Positions 37,011 to 50,603 of a DNA stretch of 64,000 bases are shown piece after piece. The notes under the pieces were generated by a model, which worked only from the letters and a program-made list of their open reading frames with translations, did no database searches and was not told the DNA's origin. Made by a program: the position numbers and the translations under genes. Source of the DNA: Chiloscyllium plagiosum (lineage: Eukaryota); the NCBI RefSeq assembly GCF_004010195.1, contig NC_057750.1, forward strand, positions 7,895,946 to 7,959,945, written 5' to 3'. Every line of letters starts with the position of its first letter. Position 1 is the stretch's first letter.

Positions 37011-37855
37011 CCTAATAAATGCTGCCTAACCAGCAATGCCCTCATCCTGTTACAGAGTAAAGGAAAAAGATGTCATTTCCCTAGGGTGGGGGAATTCAAG
37101 ACTAGGGGGCATATTTTTAAGGTGAGAGGAGAGAGATTTTACAAAAGATATGAGGGGCAAATGTTTTACACAGAGGGTGGTACACGTGTGGAATGAAATT
37201 TCTGAGGAAGTGCTGGATGTGTGTACAATTACATTTAAAGGCTATTTGGATAAATACATGAGTAGATGTTTGGAGAGATATGGGCTAGAAGCAGGCAGGT
37301 GGGACTAGTTTAGTTTGAGATTATGGACTGGTTGGACTGAAGGGTCTGTTTTCACGCTGTATGACTCTATAACAGGAACAAGACACAATCTACACCATTT
37401 GGGTGTTGTCATTTTGCTCTGTCAGTTTCGTCTCTGCAGGAACTCCTCAGGGTGTGTCCTAGGCCCAACCCTCTTCAGCTGCTTTATCAGTGACCCCTTT
37501 TCTGTTCCCACCACCAGCTCAGAAGTGGGATACTTGCTGACAAATGCACATGGTACTTTACACAAGATGAACTGCAGCAATTCCTCACGCCTCCTTCAAT
37601 AGTACCTTCCAAATCCACAATCCCGACAAGCTGAAGAGTAGCAGATACTTGGGAACACCACCCTCTGTAAATTTCCCTCTAAGCCACTCACCATCCTGAT
37701 TTAAGAATATATCGCCAATCCTTCAGTGTCACTGGGTCAAAATCCTAAGGCCTCATCCCCAGCAGCATTGGGTGTGCGTGCAACAGCTCAATTGCAGGCC
37801 ACCACTTTCTCTACAGCAATTAGGGATGGGCAAGAAAATGCTGGTCTTGCCATCA

Positions 37856-40438
37856 ACTCTTAATATTCCTTGAAATAACAGAACTTTTATTAAAAATAAA
37901 AGGGTGCATTCAGCAAAATTGACAGATGACTCACAACTTCAAAGTCATTTATACAATGAGGAGGAAAACATTTCAACTTCAAAGGGCTCAGATGAGTTGA
38001 TTAAATAGACAAGCGAGTCTTGTCCTGTGGCAGCCAGGAGCTTTGCTATCATGGTACATCATCGTCATCTGATGTCCCACCCCATTGTAGCCTCAGTTGC
38101 GATTGCTCTAAGACCTCCATCATCCATCTATGCCCCTTCTCTTTGCTGCTGCCTCCTTTGCCCTTTGTTGTTTTCCAGTTTTGAAGGAACGGCTGAAATT
38201 CAATGCAAAGCAGTGGAAGCTGAGTCATTTTCATAGGAAGAACACCGTGAGGCAATAAGGAGTAAAGGATTTGGTAGGTGCAAGATCAGAAGGACCTGAG
38301 GAATATGTCCACAAATGTAACAGGGCAGGTTGTGTGAGAGGTTAACAATTTATATGGGATCCTGAGCTTTGTACATTGGGGTATAAGGTAAAGTTGCCAT
38401 AGTCTCACCAGACAAGAGGGCTGCTCTTTCATTAGAGATGATGTGGAGGTGCCGGAATTGGACTGGGGTGGACAAAGTCAGAAGTCACATGACACCAGGT
38501 TATAGTCCAACAGGTTTATTTGCAATAGGAAGCTTTCAGTGCGCTGCTCCTTCATCAGGTGAAGACACTTGTGTTGGAATATACCCTGGCATTGCGTGAC
38601 CTCTGACCTCTCATTCAAGAGACCGATAAACGGTGGTGGCTTAACCTGAGGTTCACCACGTCTCAGATGAGAGGAGTGGTTGAGGAGGAGAGTCCTTCAT
38701 GGAATTTTGTCTCTCAGGGGACTGGCAAATCTTTGGAATTCTCTTCGGAACATGTTGGCCTTCCAGATCAAGGAGTTGATCCTGACCGAACATTGCAGGC
38801 TGGCACATTCCAAGATCCAGGACTATGTGCTGAGGGATGCAATCAATTTTGGGGCAGCTGTTGCTAAAGGGCAGTGGGGAAAGACCACTGTTTGAGTCTT
38901 CCTGCTAAAGTGCAATAGGGGTCCATTCAGTTATTGGACCCTCCCTGTTCCTAAAATATATGTAAATAGTATCTCACAGAAGTAAAAAAAAACTTGCGTT
39001 TGTTGGAACCGTCAGGGAAGTGTTTGATTGTTCTCCATTTGCTAAGACTGTATAGAAGCAAAATACTCTAGTAACTATGTGGACAAAAACTTTTTATAAA
39101 TAATGTAGTTTCAAAATTTAAAAATTTCCCAGAAGGCTGTGGGGGCTCAGTCATTGAGAAACGTCAGGATAGAGATGGATGGATTTCTAGATATTAACGA
39201 TATCAAAGGACATGCTTCGGAATGTGACGTTGAGGCTGATGATCAATAATGTTCGGGAAAGGTGGAACAGGATTAACGGGCTGATTGGTCTTCTCTTGCA
39301 CTCGTGCTCCTATGACCTTGAATAAGAAACGGGTAACGTCAGAAAAGAACACCATTCCAGGAACTTTGTAATGTTTTTGACGTGTTTGCAACCTGTTCTT
39401 TGTATCAGTAAGAGGGAGGAGAGAGAGAGAGAGATCCTGTTTGACTTGTTGATATCCGTGTTTACCTGAGGAATGCTGGCATCTGTTAACTATCTCACAC
39501 CTTCACGTACTCAGGTCTTGCATTCCAGTTTTCAGGGGCTGATGCAACAGATCACAGAGTCTGAGTCCAAAATGTCAAACAGTGGAACTTGGCTGAAACC
39601 GTAGGTTTATGTTGGTTGAGCAAATCATTTCTGTGCTCACGCACATTGAGCAATGATATCTTTCAATTGTTATTAAAATGCATACATTTGAAAGCCCCAA
39701 GAGGCCATTCAGCCCATTGAGTCTGCACTGACCCTCCAAAGAACTTCCCACCCAGATCCAACACCCCCAGTCTGTAACCCTGCAATTCTCATGGCTAATC
39801 CACCTAATCGACACTGTGGGCAATTAGAATGGCCAATCCACCTAACCTGCACTTCCCCCAGTCACTATGGATGATTAGAATGGCCAATCCACCTAACCTG
39901 CACTTCCCTCAGAAACTATGGGTAATCTAGCATGGCCAATCCACCTAACCTGCACCTCTTGCAGATACTATGGGTAATTTAGCATGGCCAAACCGCCTGA
40001 CCTGCACATCCTTTGGACCATGGGAGGAAACCGGAGCACCCGGAGGAAACTCATGCAGATGCAGGGAGAACATACAAACTCCACACAGACAGTTGTCTGA
40101 GGGTGGAATCGAACCTGGAGTGCTAACCACTGAGCCACCATGCCACCTGAAATAACTCCACAGAGGCTGGCATCTGGAGGTCTTAGAGCAATCGCAACTG
40201 AGGCTACAATGGGGTGGGACATCAGATGACGATGATGTACCATGATAGCAAAGCTCCTGGCTGCCACAGGACAAGACTCGCTTGTCTATTTAATCAACTC
40301 ATCTGAGCCCTTTGAAGTTGAAATGTTTTCCTCCTCATTGTATAAATGACTTTGAAGTTGTGAGTCATCTGTCAATTTTGCTGAATGCACCCTTTTATTT
40401 TTAATAAAAGTTCTGTTATTTCAAGGAATATTAAGAGT
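37856..40438. repeat. 264-bp inverted duplication (37856-38119 and 40175-40438)
   Basis: Manual base-by-base comparison found no mismatch. Confidence 0.9.
38725..39120 (+). mobile_element. Tx1/L1-clade 3' end
   Basis: RNMLAFQIKELILTEHCRLAHSKIQDYVLRDA...QWGKTTV followed by a 3'UTR-like tail. Confidence 0.7.
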
Positions 40439-43307
40439 CACCTTTATTTACACATGCACAGTGCGTGGGCTCTGACCAGCCAGCTCAGAGTCAGTCCCTA
40501 GAGTCAGAACCCCTGGCAGCCAGGGCTCCCTGATTGGCCCAGATTAACTGCCCCATTCAAGGAACTCCTACTCATTGAGATCTACCTGGCTGACCTCACT
40601 CCAATCAATACACCACCCCGGTTTTAGATTTAACCTCTTCAAAACCTCCCAAAGTAATTTAAACATGGAGTTACTATGCAGGCCACTGGATGTTATCCAG
40701 CATCCAGTGAATATACAGGAAGTAAACAGTAAGCTTCGATCAGTGAGATGAACCAGGAAATTCACAGGAATTTAATAACAGATCAGTTAATGAGTGTGTC
40801 ACCCTTCATCAGAATTGGTCTGTGATCTGCTCAGTTCTGGTGATGGACCACAGCCAAACAGCTTTCAGAGCCTGTCCTCTTTGTGAATTGCAGCCCTGGG
40901 ATCTTCCTTATCCATCTGAGGCACATTTGCAGTTGAACATCACAATCAAGGAACAGAATTGGCCCCACTGCACTTGACTGGTAACCTGGCCTTCTGACTC
41001 TCAGCAGTGAGTGCCAACCTGGCATTGGTGTGAGCTCAGGAGTTAATTGTAGGCAAAAGAGCAAGGTCACCACCACCACTCCCTCCTGGGCACCATGTTG
41101 TCCCAGAACTCACTGGCCAATAACTAGGAGCCAGAATGATGAATGTGAAGCCAGGAACGGCAGATACTGAAGATCTGAAAGACAGCCTGCTGCAGCAGGT
41201 TGGGCAGCATCTGTAGAGAAAGAAAACAGAGTTAATGTTTCAAATCCAGTGTGACCCTTCCCTTTGCCCAGAGGCACTAAGGCAAACTGGAGTATTTCCC
41301 TTGTTGTCGTGTTGGCTCAGCACAGACTCGGGTATCAAACCTCCAGTTTTACATCTGTCGTTTTACATTTATGTAGTGCCTTTCTTGGTTATCAAATGTC
41401 TTTCATAACTGATGAAATACTGTTGAAGGACAGTCATTGTTTTAAGAAGATTGGGGGCGGGGGGGATAGAAATTGGCACATATACGATTAGCAAAATGGC
41501 TTCCTTCTGCAAGGAAGACTTCACAATTCTGAAAACATGTTAATGAACCTAGACTGACAGAGCTCCATGATGCGGGGCATTTGAACTCCAAGTCCTTTCA
41601 GCCCTGTGGTGGGGAGACTGCCACCACCTCATGATAGCCCCCAGCTTATGATTCGAATGAACCATTGGCATCAACATTCCCAGGGAAAGAAACTGGCAGT
41701 AGTTCTCGATTCTATTTCCACTGCTATCTCCCTCCTGTGTTTGGCTGAGTGCTTCATGCGCTCAGGAGGAAGAAATTAGTTCAGGCCATTCACTCACAGT
41801 GGTCAACCTAGAAAAGTAAATGAGCGATCAAATATGTTTCATATTTCCACTCTGACACAGATTGAAAACTACACCGTGCTTAGACTCCACAAACTTCCAA
41901 TTAATTTTTTTTCAGGCATCAACCATCAGTCCTTGAAGAAAATAAACCAATTTATCCCCGTTCCCCAACACAGCCCCTTGTTTTTGAATCCTACTTGTCT
42001 AGTACCCACCAATATCTATCCCACAACCAACATCACTAAAACAGATGATCTCATCGCTGCTTGTAGGAACTTGTGGTGCAGAAAATTAGATGAAATCTGT
42101 ACTTCCGTTTCTCAAACTGCTCCTCAAAAGCCTCGAGTGGTTGTGAAACGCTTTGGCATGTCCCAAAGTTGTGAAAGACAATATAAAAGGCTTCCTTTTC
42201 CCTACCTAGAATCTGAGCCAGGTTTGACCACCCAACCTGTAGTACTGAGGGAGTGTTGGTCAGAGGTGCCACCTCTCAGCTGAGATGTCAAACCAAGTTT
42301 CTCTGCTTTCAGATGAATCATAGAATTCCCTATAATGTGGAAACAGACCCTTCAGCCCATCTGAAGTCTACACTGACCCTCGGTGGAGAGCATCCCATCC
42401 AGACCCACCTCATCCCTGTATATTCCATGGCTAATCCACCCAGACACTACGGGGCAATTTAGCATGGCCTATCCACCTTAACCTGCACATCTTTGGACTG
42501 TGGGTGGAAACCGGAGCACCCGGAGGAAATGCACGCAGACACTGGGAGAATGTGCAAACTCCACACAGACAGGCTGGAATCGAACCCAGGTCCCTGACGC
42601 TGTGAGGCAGCGTTGCTAGCCACTGAGCCACCATTCATGGTCTCACTGTGTTATTTCTGGCCTGTGTTTGCCCCCCAGTCAACATCAGTAAAAACAGAAA
42701 GAAAAGCTGCTTCCTCACTTCACAGATCCCATCTGACGTACAAAATAATTCCACCATTTCCTATTTTTATTTCAGTTTTCCAGCAACCATAGCATTCAAC
42801 CCATTGAACCTGCTCTATCGTTTAATACAATCATGGCTGACCTTCCTTTTTTGGTTATTACTTCACAGGATGAGTGTGCCACTGGCTAGGTCAGCATGTA
42901 TTGCCCATCCCTAATTGCCCAGAGGGCAGTTAAGAGCCTACCACATCGCTGTGGATCTGGAGTCACATGTAGGCCTGACGAGGTAAGGATGGCATTTTCC
43001 TTCCCTGAAAGATTAAACTCTTCTCAGCCTTTTATCCACACTTTATCCATAACCCTGTGTGCTGCTAGGAATTAGAAAACCACCAATCTCTTTGTCAAAT
43101 CTATTCAATGACTTCCACAGATCTCTGCTGTAGAGAATTCCTAAGGATCATGATCCTTTGAGGAAAAGAAATTCGCCTCATTTCTATCATAAATAGCATA
43201 TTTCTTATTTTTTAAATTGTGACTCAGGACCTTCCTAACCAGGAGAACCAACATCTTACCTGCATCTACTTTGTCTATTCCTTTACATATTTAGGTTTCG
43301 ATGAGAC

Positions 43308-43890
43308 TGCAGTGATTGGAATGAGGGCAGCCAGGAGGACCTCATAGAAGGGTGGCGTGGTGGTTCAGTGGTTAGCACTGCTGCCGCTCAGTGCCAGGAA
43401 TCAAAGTTCGATTCCATCCTCTGGCAATTGTCAGTGTGGAGTTTACACGTTCTCCCTGTGTTTGCGTGGGGTTTCCTCCGGGTGCTATGGTTTCTCTCCC
43501 ACCATCCAAAGATGTGCAGGTTAGGATGGATTGGCCGTGCTAAATTGCCAGGAGTGTCCAGGGGTATGCCGACTAGGTGGATTAGCCATCAGAAACGCAG
43601 GGATAGGGTAATGGGGTATGGTTCTGGGTGGGATGCTCTTCAGAGGGTCAGTGTGGACTTGATGGGCTGAATGGCCTGTTTCCACACTGTAGGGGTCTAC
43701 GCATATGAGTTCCCTGATTGGGGCTGTTAACCTGGCTCAATCAGGGAGACCTGGCTGACGGATATAAACAGGAGTGTCAGGGGTTCTGTTCACACTAGGA
43801 ATCAGCTCTGAGGGGGCTGGGTCAGTGTCATGTACTACGCGCGTGTAAATAATTTGGTGACGGGTTACCAGCCTCTGTGGGGTTATTTTG
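43308..43890 (+). mobile_element. Solo LTR (about 240 bp) interrupted by an HE1-like SINE
   Basis: TG start, CCAAT/ATTGG boxes, GATATAAA TATA; sister copies have AATAAA and a TTTCA end; 5-bp flanks GAGAC/GAGAT. Confidence 0.6.
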
Positions 43891-44659
43891 GAGATCTCCT
43901 CTCATTCTCCAAAACTGTAGAGAATACAGACTCAGTTTGCACATCTTTTTTCAGAGGGCAGTCTATTGGGGGCACATCTGTTAACCTTTGTTGCACTGCC
44001 TCTATGGCAGTAAAATCTGTCCTGAGATAAAGAGACCAGAACTGCCCACAGCACGCTCCAAGTGCAGCCTAACCAAGCTCCTGTACAATTCAAACATATT
44101 ATATATATTTTGCCTCCAATCTCTTATCTCACTACCTAAATGGATATTTGCAAATGATAAACATATAATTAATTCAGATTGGCCTTGAGCAGTGTTGTTT
44201 CAAGATCATTGAGTAATAGAGCAGAGATTAAAATGTTTTGTTAACTTTAATCAGAAAATGGAAACAGAGAGATAGTTTGCTAAGCGAACAAAAGCAATCT
44301 GACCATCAATTGCCGACAATCTTTGCAAGAGGGGATTTTCAGGTCAAAAGGGGAGGGAACATTGAATCAATCTGGGGTGGCTCAGTGGTTAGCACCGCTG
44401 TCTCTTGGGCCAGGTACTCAGATTTGATCCCAGACTCGGGTGACTGTCTGTGTGGAGTTTGCACATTCTCCCCGTGTCTGTGTGGGTTTCCTCCGGCTGC
44501 CCTGGTTTCCTCCCACAGTCCAAAGATGTGCAGGTTAGGGTGGATTGGCCATGGGAAATTGTCCATTGTGTCCAGGGATGTGCAGGCTAGGTGGGTTAGC
44601 CATGGGGAATGCAGGGATACGGTCTGGGGTGGGATATTCTTCGGAGGGTCAATGTGGAC

Positions 44660-45270
44660 TGATAGAGATGTACAGCACAGAAACAGACCCTTCAGTTCAA
44701 CTCATCCATGCTGACTAGATATCCTAACCTAATCTCGTCCCATTTGCCAGCATTTAGCCCATATCCCTCTAAACTCTTCCTATTCATATACCCATCCAGA
44801 TGCCTTTTAAATGTTGTAATTGTACCAGCCTCCACCACTTCCTCTGGCAGCTCGTTCCATACACATACCACCCTCTGCTGAAAAAGTTACCCTTTAGATC
44901 CTTTTTAAATCTTTTCTCTCTCACTTTAAACCTATGTCCTCTAGTTTTGGACTTCCCTACCCCAGGGAAAATACCTTGTCTGTTTACCCTATCCATGCCT
45001 CTCATGATTTTATAAACTTCTATAAGGTCACCCCTCAGCCTCTAACACTCCAGGGAAAACAGCCCCAGTCTATTCAGCCTCTCCCTATAGCTCAAACCCT
45101 CCAATCTTAGCAACATCTTTTCTGAACCCTCTCAGGTTTCACAACATCCTTCCTATGAGCAGGCAGATCAGAATTGAATGCAGTATTCCAAAAATGGCCT
45201 AACCAATGTTCTGTACAGCTGCAACATTACCTCCCAACTCCTATACTCAATTCATTGACCAATAAAGGCA
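44660..45270 (-). mobile_element. CR1/HER1-type LINE 3' fragment inserted in an HE1-like SINE
   Basis: CR1 ORF2 C-terminal similarity; the SINE 44373-44660 resumes at about 45275. Confidence 0.8.
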
Positions 45271-45350
45271 AGCAGATCGAATGGGCTGAATGGCCTCTTT
45301 CTGCACTATAGGGATTCTGTGAATCCCCCAAATCAATCAATATGGCCTTG

Positions 45351-45514
45351 GAGTTAAAAATCACACAACACCAAGTTATAGTCCAACAGGTTTATTTGAA
45401 AGCTTTCTTCATCAGTGCTCTGATAACTATGCTTCCAAATAAACCTGTTGGACTATAACCTGGCATTGTATGATTTTTAACTTTGTCCACCCCAGTCCAA
45501 CACCAGCATCTCCA
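45351..45514. mobile_element. Palindromic insertion, third family (CACCAGGTTATAGTCCAACAGG)
   Basis: TSD AATCAATATGGCCTTG at 45335-45350 and 45515-45530. Related copies near 9740, 15840, 23940, 33450, 38440, 47120, 61060. Confidence 0.7.
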
Positions 45515-45776
45515 AATCAATATGGCCTTGAGTGGAGCAGGAAGGATCAGGCTCAGCTGTGATGCCCTCTGTGTTCAAATAGTCTTCCAAAGCTCACAGG
45601 GAAGAAGAATGGCCACATAGGGGAGGCACAGCCTCACTGAACTTGTAGTCAAGAAAGAGTCAGAGATTGAGGCATCAAGGAGAGGAGAACATGATGAAGG
45701 GGAAGACAAGTTAACAGTGAGACTTCCCCTTGCCACCACTCCCCAGGGGTACTGCAGTGGAGAACAATCAGCACTC

Positions 45777-46495
45777 GTCATAGAGATGTTCAGCATTGAA
45801 ACAGACCCTTCGGTCCAACCCGTCAATGCTGACCAGATATCCCAACCCAATCTAGTCCCACCTGCCAGCACCAGGCCCATATCCCTCCAAACGTTTCCTA
45901 TTCATATACCCATCCAAATGCCTCTTAAATGTTGCAATTGTACCAGCCTCCACCACTTTCTCTGGCAGCTCATTCCATGCACGTACCACCCTCTGTGTGA
46001 AAATGTTGCCCCTTAGGTCTCTTTTACATCTTTCCCCTCTCACCCTAAACTTATGCCCTCTAGTTCTGGACTCCCCCACCCCAGGGAAAAGACTTTGCCT
46101 ATTTACCCTATCCATGACCCTCATGATTTTGCAAACCTCTATAAGGCTCCCCCCTCAGCCTCCGACGGTCCAGGGAAAACAGCCCCAGCCTGTTCAGCCT
46201 CTCCATATAGCTCAAATCCTCTAACCCTGGCAACATCCTTGTAAATCTTTTCTGAACCCTTTCAAGTTTCACAATATCTTTCCGACGGGAGGGAGACCAG
46301 AATCGCATACAATATTCCAACAGTGGCCTAACCAATGTCCTGTACAGTCTCAACATGACCTCCCAACTCCTGTACTCAATACTCTGACCAATAAAGGAAA
46401 GCATACCAAATGCCTTCTTCACTATCCTATCTACCTGCGACTCCACTTTCAAGGAGCTATGAACCTGCACTCCAAGGTCTCTTGTTCAGCAACTA
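45777..46495 (-). mobile_element. CR1/HER1-type LINE 3' fragment
   Basis: LYRTLVRPLLEYCMRFWSP...LERVQKRFTRMLPGL. Confidence 0.85.
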
Positions 46496-47118
46496 CACCA
46501 AGAACAAAGAACATTACAGCACAGGAACAGGCCCTTCGGCCCACCAAGCCTCTGTTGATCCAGATCTTCGATCTAAACCTGTCTTCCAAGGATGTCCACC
46601 TTGAAGTTCTCCTCCTCCCTCTATAAAGATCCTCTCCCAAGGATGCCTATCTAAACTTGCCATCTATTTTCCAAGGATCTGTATCCCTCTGCTCCCTGCC
46701 CACTCATGTATCTGTATAGATACATCTTATATGGCGCTATCCGTGCCCACCTCTACCACCTGGAGTCATCGCTTAATGTGAACTTATAACAAAACTACCC
46801 AAAATCACAATTTGCTTCTGATTGCCTGTTGTCTAGGCTAAAAGCAAACCAGATCAAGATTTCCTCAGTACCAGAAAAATAATTTATTTATTGCAACACA
46901 CAGAACTTTAACAGTCACAAAGAATTACGAATGTATATAACTTATACCTTTAAATAACCCCACAAAGGGGAACAGACAAAATCCAAATACCATGCATGGA
47001 GTAAAAGAAAGTCAAGTGAAACTTTTGTTTTTTTCAGCTAAGTCCAAGTTGAGTTTTTTGGAGGGATTTCTGCTCTGAATGCTAATGAGTTTTCCCACTG
47101 CAACGTACCAAATTCCTG

Positions 47119-47243
47119 ATTCGGAGATGCCGGTGTTGGACTGGGGTGTACAAAGTTAAAAATCACACAACACCAGGTTATAGTCCGACAGGTTTAACTG
47201 AACCTGTTGGAGTATAACCTGGTGTTGTGTGATTTTTAACTTT
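47119..47243. mobile_element. Palindromic insertion, third family, 14-bp flanking duplication
   Basis: GTACCAAATTCCTG at 47105-47118 and 47244-47257; near-perfect inverted arms. Confidence 0.7.
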
Positions 47244-47744
47244 GTACCAAATTCCTGTTATTGACTCCCTAATCCGCCTCTCTGTCTGATTCCAGTCCCA
47301 TCTTACTGTGCAGCATTCCTGGAACAATTCGCCACTCCGTGGATATCCCGGAGTGCACCGGCATCTCTTGGGGCTGTGCCATCTTTGGGCACCCGGACAA
47401 GCCCCGTTGGTGCGGAGTTGCCCTGAACTGTTCCTGATATTCACCCCGGATGTGACCAAAAAGGGAAAGTTGTCACCCTGCTTTGCAGGTGGGGAGGGGG
47501 GTCCTGCTGGATGGGATGGGGCAGAGAAGCAACATCAGCATTGGCAGCTGACTGTGCCAGCCTGGTCTGAGGTTGCTGCCTAGTTCAGCATGGTCTCTGC
47601 CTTCTGGAGGAATACCCAGTGCCATGACAGGAAAGTTAATGACCTGCTTCCGCTCCACCAGAGTAACTTCCACCATTTTCTGTCTGATACCCTCACAGGG
47701 GAAGCAACGGCTAGTGGTATTATCACCGAACTGTTAATCCAGAG

Positions 47745-48080
47745 ACCCAGGTAGTATTCAGGGGTACCCCAGGTAGTGTTCTGGAGGATCCCAGGTAGTG
47801 TTCTGGGGTACCTCAGGTAGTGTTCTGGGGGACCCCGGGTAGTGTTCTGGGGTACTTCAGGTAGTGTTCTGGAGTACCTCAGGTAGTGTTCTGAGGGACC
47901 CCAGGTAGTGTTCTGGGGGACCCCGGGTAGTGTTCTGGGGGACCCCGGGTAGTGTTCTGGGATACCCGAGGTAGTGTTCTGAGGGACCCCAGGTAGTGTT
48001 CTGGGGTACCCGAGGTAGTGTTCTGGGGGACCCCAGGTAGTGTTCTGGGGGACCCTGGGTAGTGTTCTTGGATCCCAGGT
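47745..48080. repeat. About 20-bp minisatellite CCCAGGTAGTGTTCTGGGG(A/T), about 16 copies
   Basis: Direct reading; the unit derives from the SINE segment between the A and B boxes. Confidence 0.95.
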
Positions 48081-48121
48081 TCGAATCCCACCACGGCAGA
48101 TGGTGAAATTTGAATTCAGTT

Positions 48122-48850
48122 CAGAGAACAAAGAACAAAGAAAATTACAGCACAGGAACAGGCCCTTCCTCCCTCCAAGCCTGCACCAATCCAGATCCTC
48201 TATCTAAACCTGTTGCCTATTTTCTTAAGATCTGTATCCCTTTGATCCCTACCCATTCATGTATATGTCTAGAGACACTACTGTGCCTGCCTCTACCACC
48301 TCCGCTGGAAATATGTTCCAGGCACCTACCACCCTCTGCGTAAAGAACATTCCATGCATATCTCCTTTAAACTTTTCCCCTCTCACCTTGAACTCGTGAC
48401 CCTTAGTAACTGAGTCTCCCACTCTGGGAAAAAGCTTCTGTACCTCGCAAGATTTTGTAGAACTCAGTCAGGTCTCCTCTCAGTCTCCGTCTTTCTAATG
48501 AAAATAATCCTAATCTATTCAACCTCTGTTCATAGCTGGCACCTGTCATACCAGGCAACATCCTGGTGAACCTCCTCTGCACTGCCTCCAAAGCATCCAC
48601 ATCCTTTTGGTAATGTGGCAACCAGAACTGTCTTCCAAATGTGGCCGAACCAAAGTCCTATACAACTGTAACCTGACCTGCCAACTCTGGTACTCAATAC
48701 CCCGTCCAATGAAGGAAAGCATGCTGTATGCCTTCTTGACCACTTTACTGACCTGCATTGCCACCTTCAGGGAACAATGGACCTGAACATCCAGATCTCT
48801 CTGTATGTCCGTTTTCCCCAGGACTTTTCCATTTACTGTATAATTTGCTC
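48122..48850 (-). mobile_element. CR1-type LINE fragment splitting a tRNA-SINE
   Basis: LEAVQRRFTRMLPG. SINE 5' half at 47700-48120, 3' half at 48851-49077. Confidence 0.8.
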
Positions 48851-50603
48851 AGGTCTAATGATGACCATGACTCAGTTGACAGGAAAAACCCATCTGGCTC
48901 ATTAATGTCCTTTAGGGAAGGAAACTGCCATTCTTACCTGGTCTGGTCTATATAAGACTCTAGACCCACAGCAATGGGGTTGACTCATAACCACCCCACA
49001 TGGGCAATTAGGGATGGGCAATAAATGTTGGCCTAGCCAGCCACACCCACATCCTGTGAATGAATGAATAAAAAAACACTCTACCCTACCTTCCGCCAAG
49101 GTTCATACTCTCCCACTGTCACTGCTGTCTGGAACACTTTCTCTCACTTGCTGTTACCCACCCAAATGCCTGACAGCCTGTGTGCCCACCGCTCTGCCTA
49201 CTCACTCGCTCAGGGCACCTCCCCACCTGCACCAACAGTAATAGCAATTATCATCCCCCATAGTATCTGCCACTGTCCCATTCCATGAGGAAAGCGGCCT
49301 CCCCAGAGGGCAGAAAGAGTCAAGAGGGCTGGTGTGCTGCCCATCATTCAGCTCCTAACCGCTTATATAAGGACAGGCCAGAGCAGAGGCTGGACTGGTA
49401 TCCAAGAATGCCTCCTCATGAAGACTGACTGTGCCAGGAAACCCTGATATAAAAGCTACCCACTCTCACTTGAAGTTGGTAATCAGAAGCTTTGAATTTG
49501 AATTGGACTATTTGACCATGGATTTGACCAACATTTTAGGTTATGAGAACACAGTCAAACTGCAGTCTTTTTTTAATTGCAAAAATATACGTTATTCTTA
49601 AAAGAATCCCCACGAACATACACAGTAACTAAAGCATTTTGATTTAGTACAGTCTTTGCTTATCGAGAGTAAACAAACATTGGGGTTTGACTTTCTCTAT
49701 AGTTACGACAAACCCAAAGGCATTTTTAAATTATGCAAAGTACGATTTGCATGTATTTGAGGCACTGGGAGGGTCAGATCACTGAATGGACGCCCACTAT
49801 ATTTTGGGAGAAAGACCCAAATATTTGCAAAAATATATCTCGTTCACAATAAGGGAAATCTTTCTGTTGTAATTGGAGTGAGGGTCAGTTGGATCTCCTT
49901 GACAATGAGATCCCTGATTGGGTCAATTAGAGAGCCCTGGCTGACAGAGATAAACAGGAGATGGAGAGAGTCTCCTCAGTCTAGGGGATTGGCTCTGAGC
50001 TGGCTGGTCAGAGCCTGTGTACGGTGCTCGTGTAAATAAAGGGTGACTTGGTAATAGGATACCAGTCTGTGTGCAGTTATTATACTTCACCTACATACAC
50101 AGTTACGGAAGCAGATCCGCTCTATGCAGTCTTTGCATACAGAGAAGAAACCAAACATTGGGCTGTGACTTTCCTGATAGGTACAATTAATCTATAGGCA
50201 TTTCTTAATTATGCTAGGAACTATTCTCATGTATCTGAGGCTTCGGGGGGGGTCCAATAACTGAATGGACCCCTGTTATACTTTGGCAGAAAGGTCTCAG
50301 ACGGGGATCTTTTCCCCACTGTGTTTTGGTGGCAGTTGCCTCAGTCGTAGAGTGAGGATGCAGGAAGGGGAAAATAAACAGTTTGAGTTTCCTTTCTGAT
50401 CTATGATCTATAGCCTGTTCATCACAGAGTCATAGAGATATACACCACGGAAACAGACCCTTCAGTCCATACAGACCAGATATCCTAAATTAATCTAGTC
50501 CCATTTACCAGCACTTGGCCCACATCCCTCTGAATCCTTCCTATTCATATACCCATCCAGATGTCTTTTAGTGTGTTCCTCAGCATGTAGTCCTGGGGAA
50601 AGA

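Noticed and set aside
47580..48131. 183-aa repetitive ORF
   Set aside because: Translation of the 20-bp minisatellite.
49080..49480. Possible Harbinger-like remnant (also 45540-45775)
   Set aside because: Only a vague resemblance; cannot be supported without a search.
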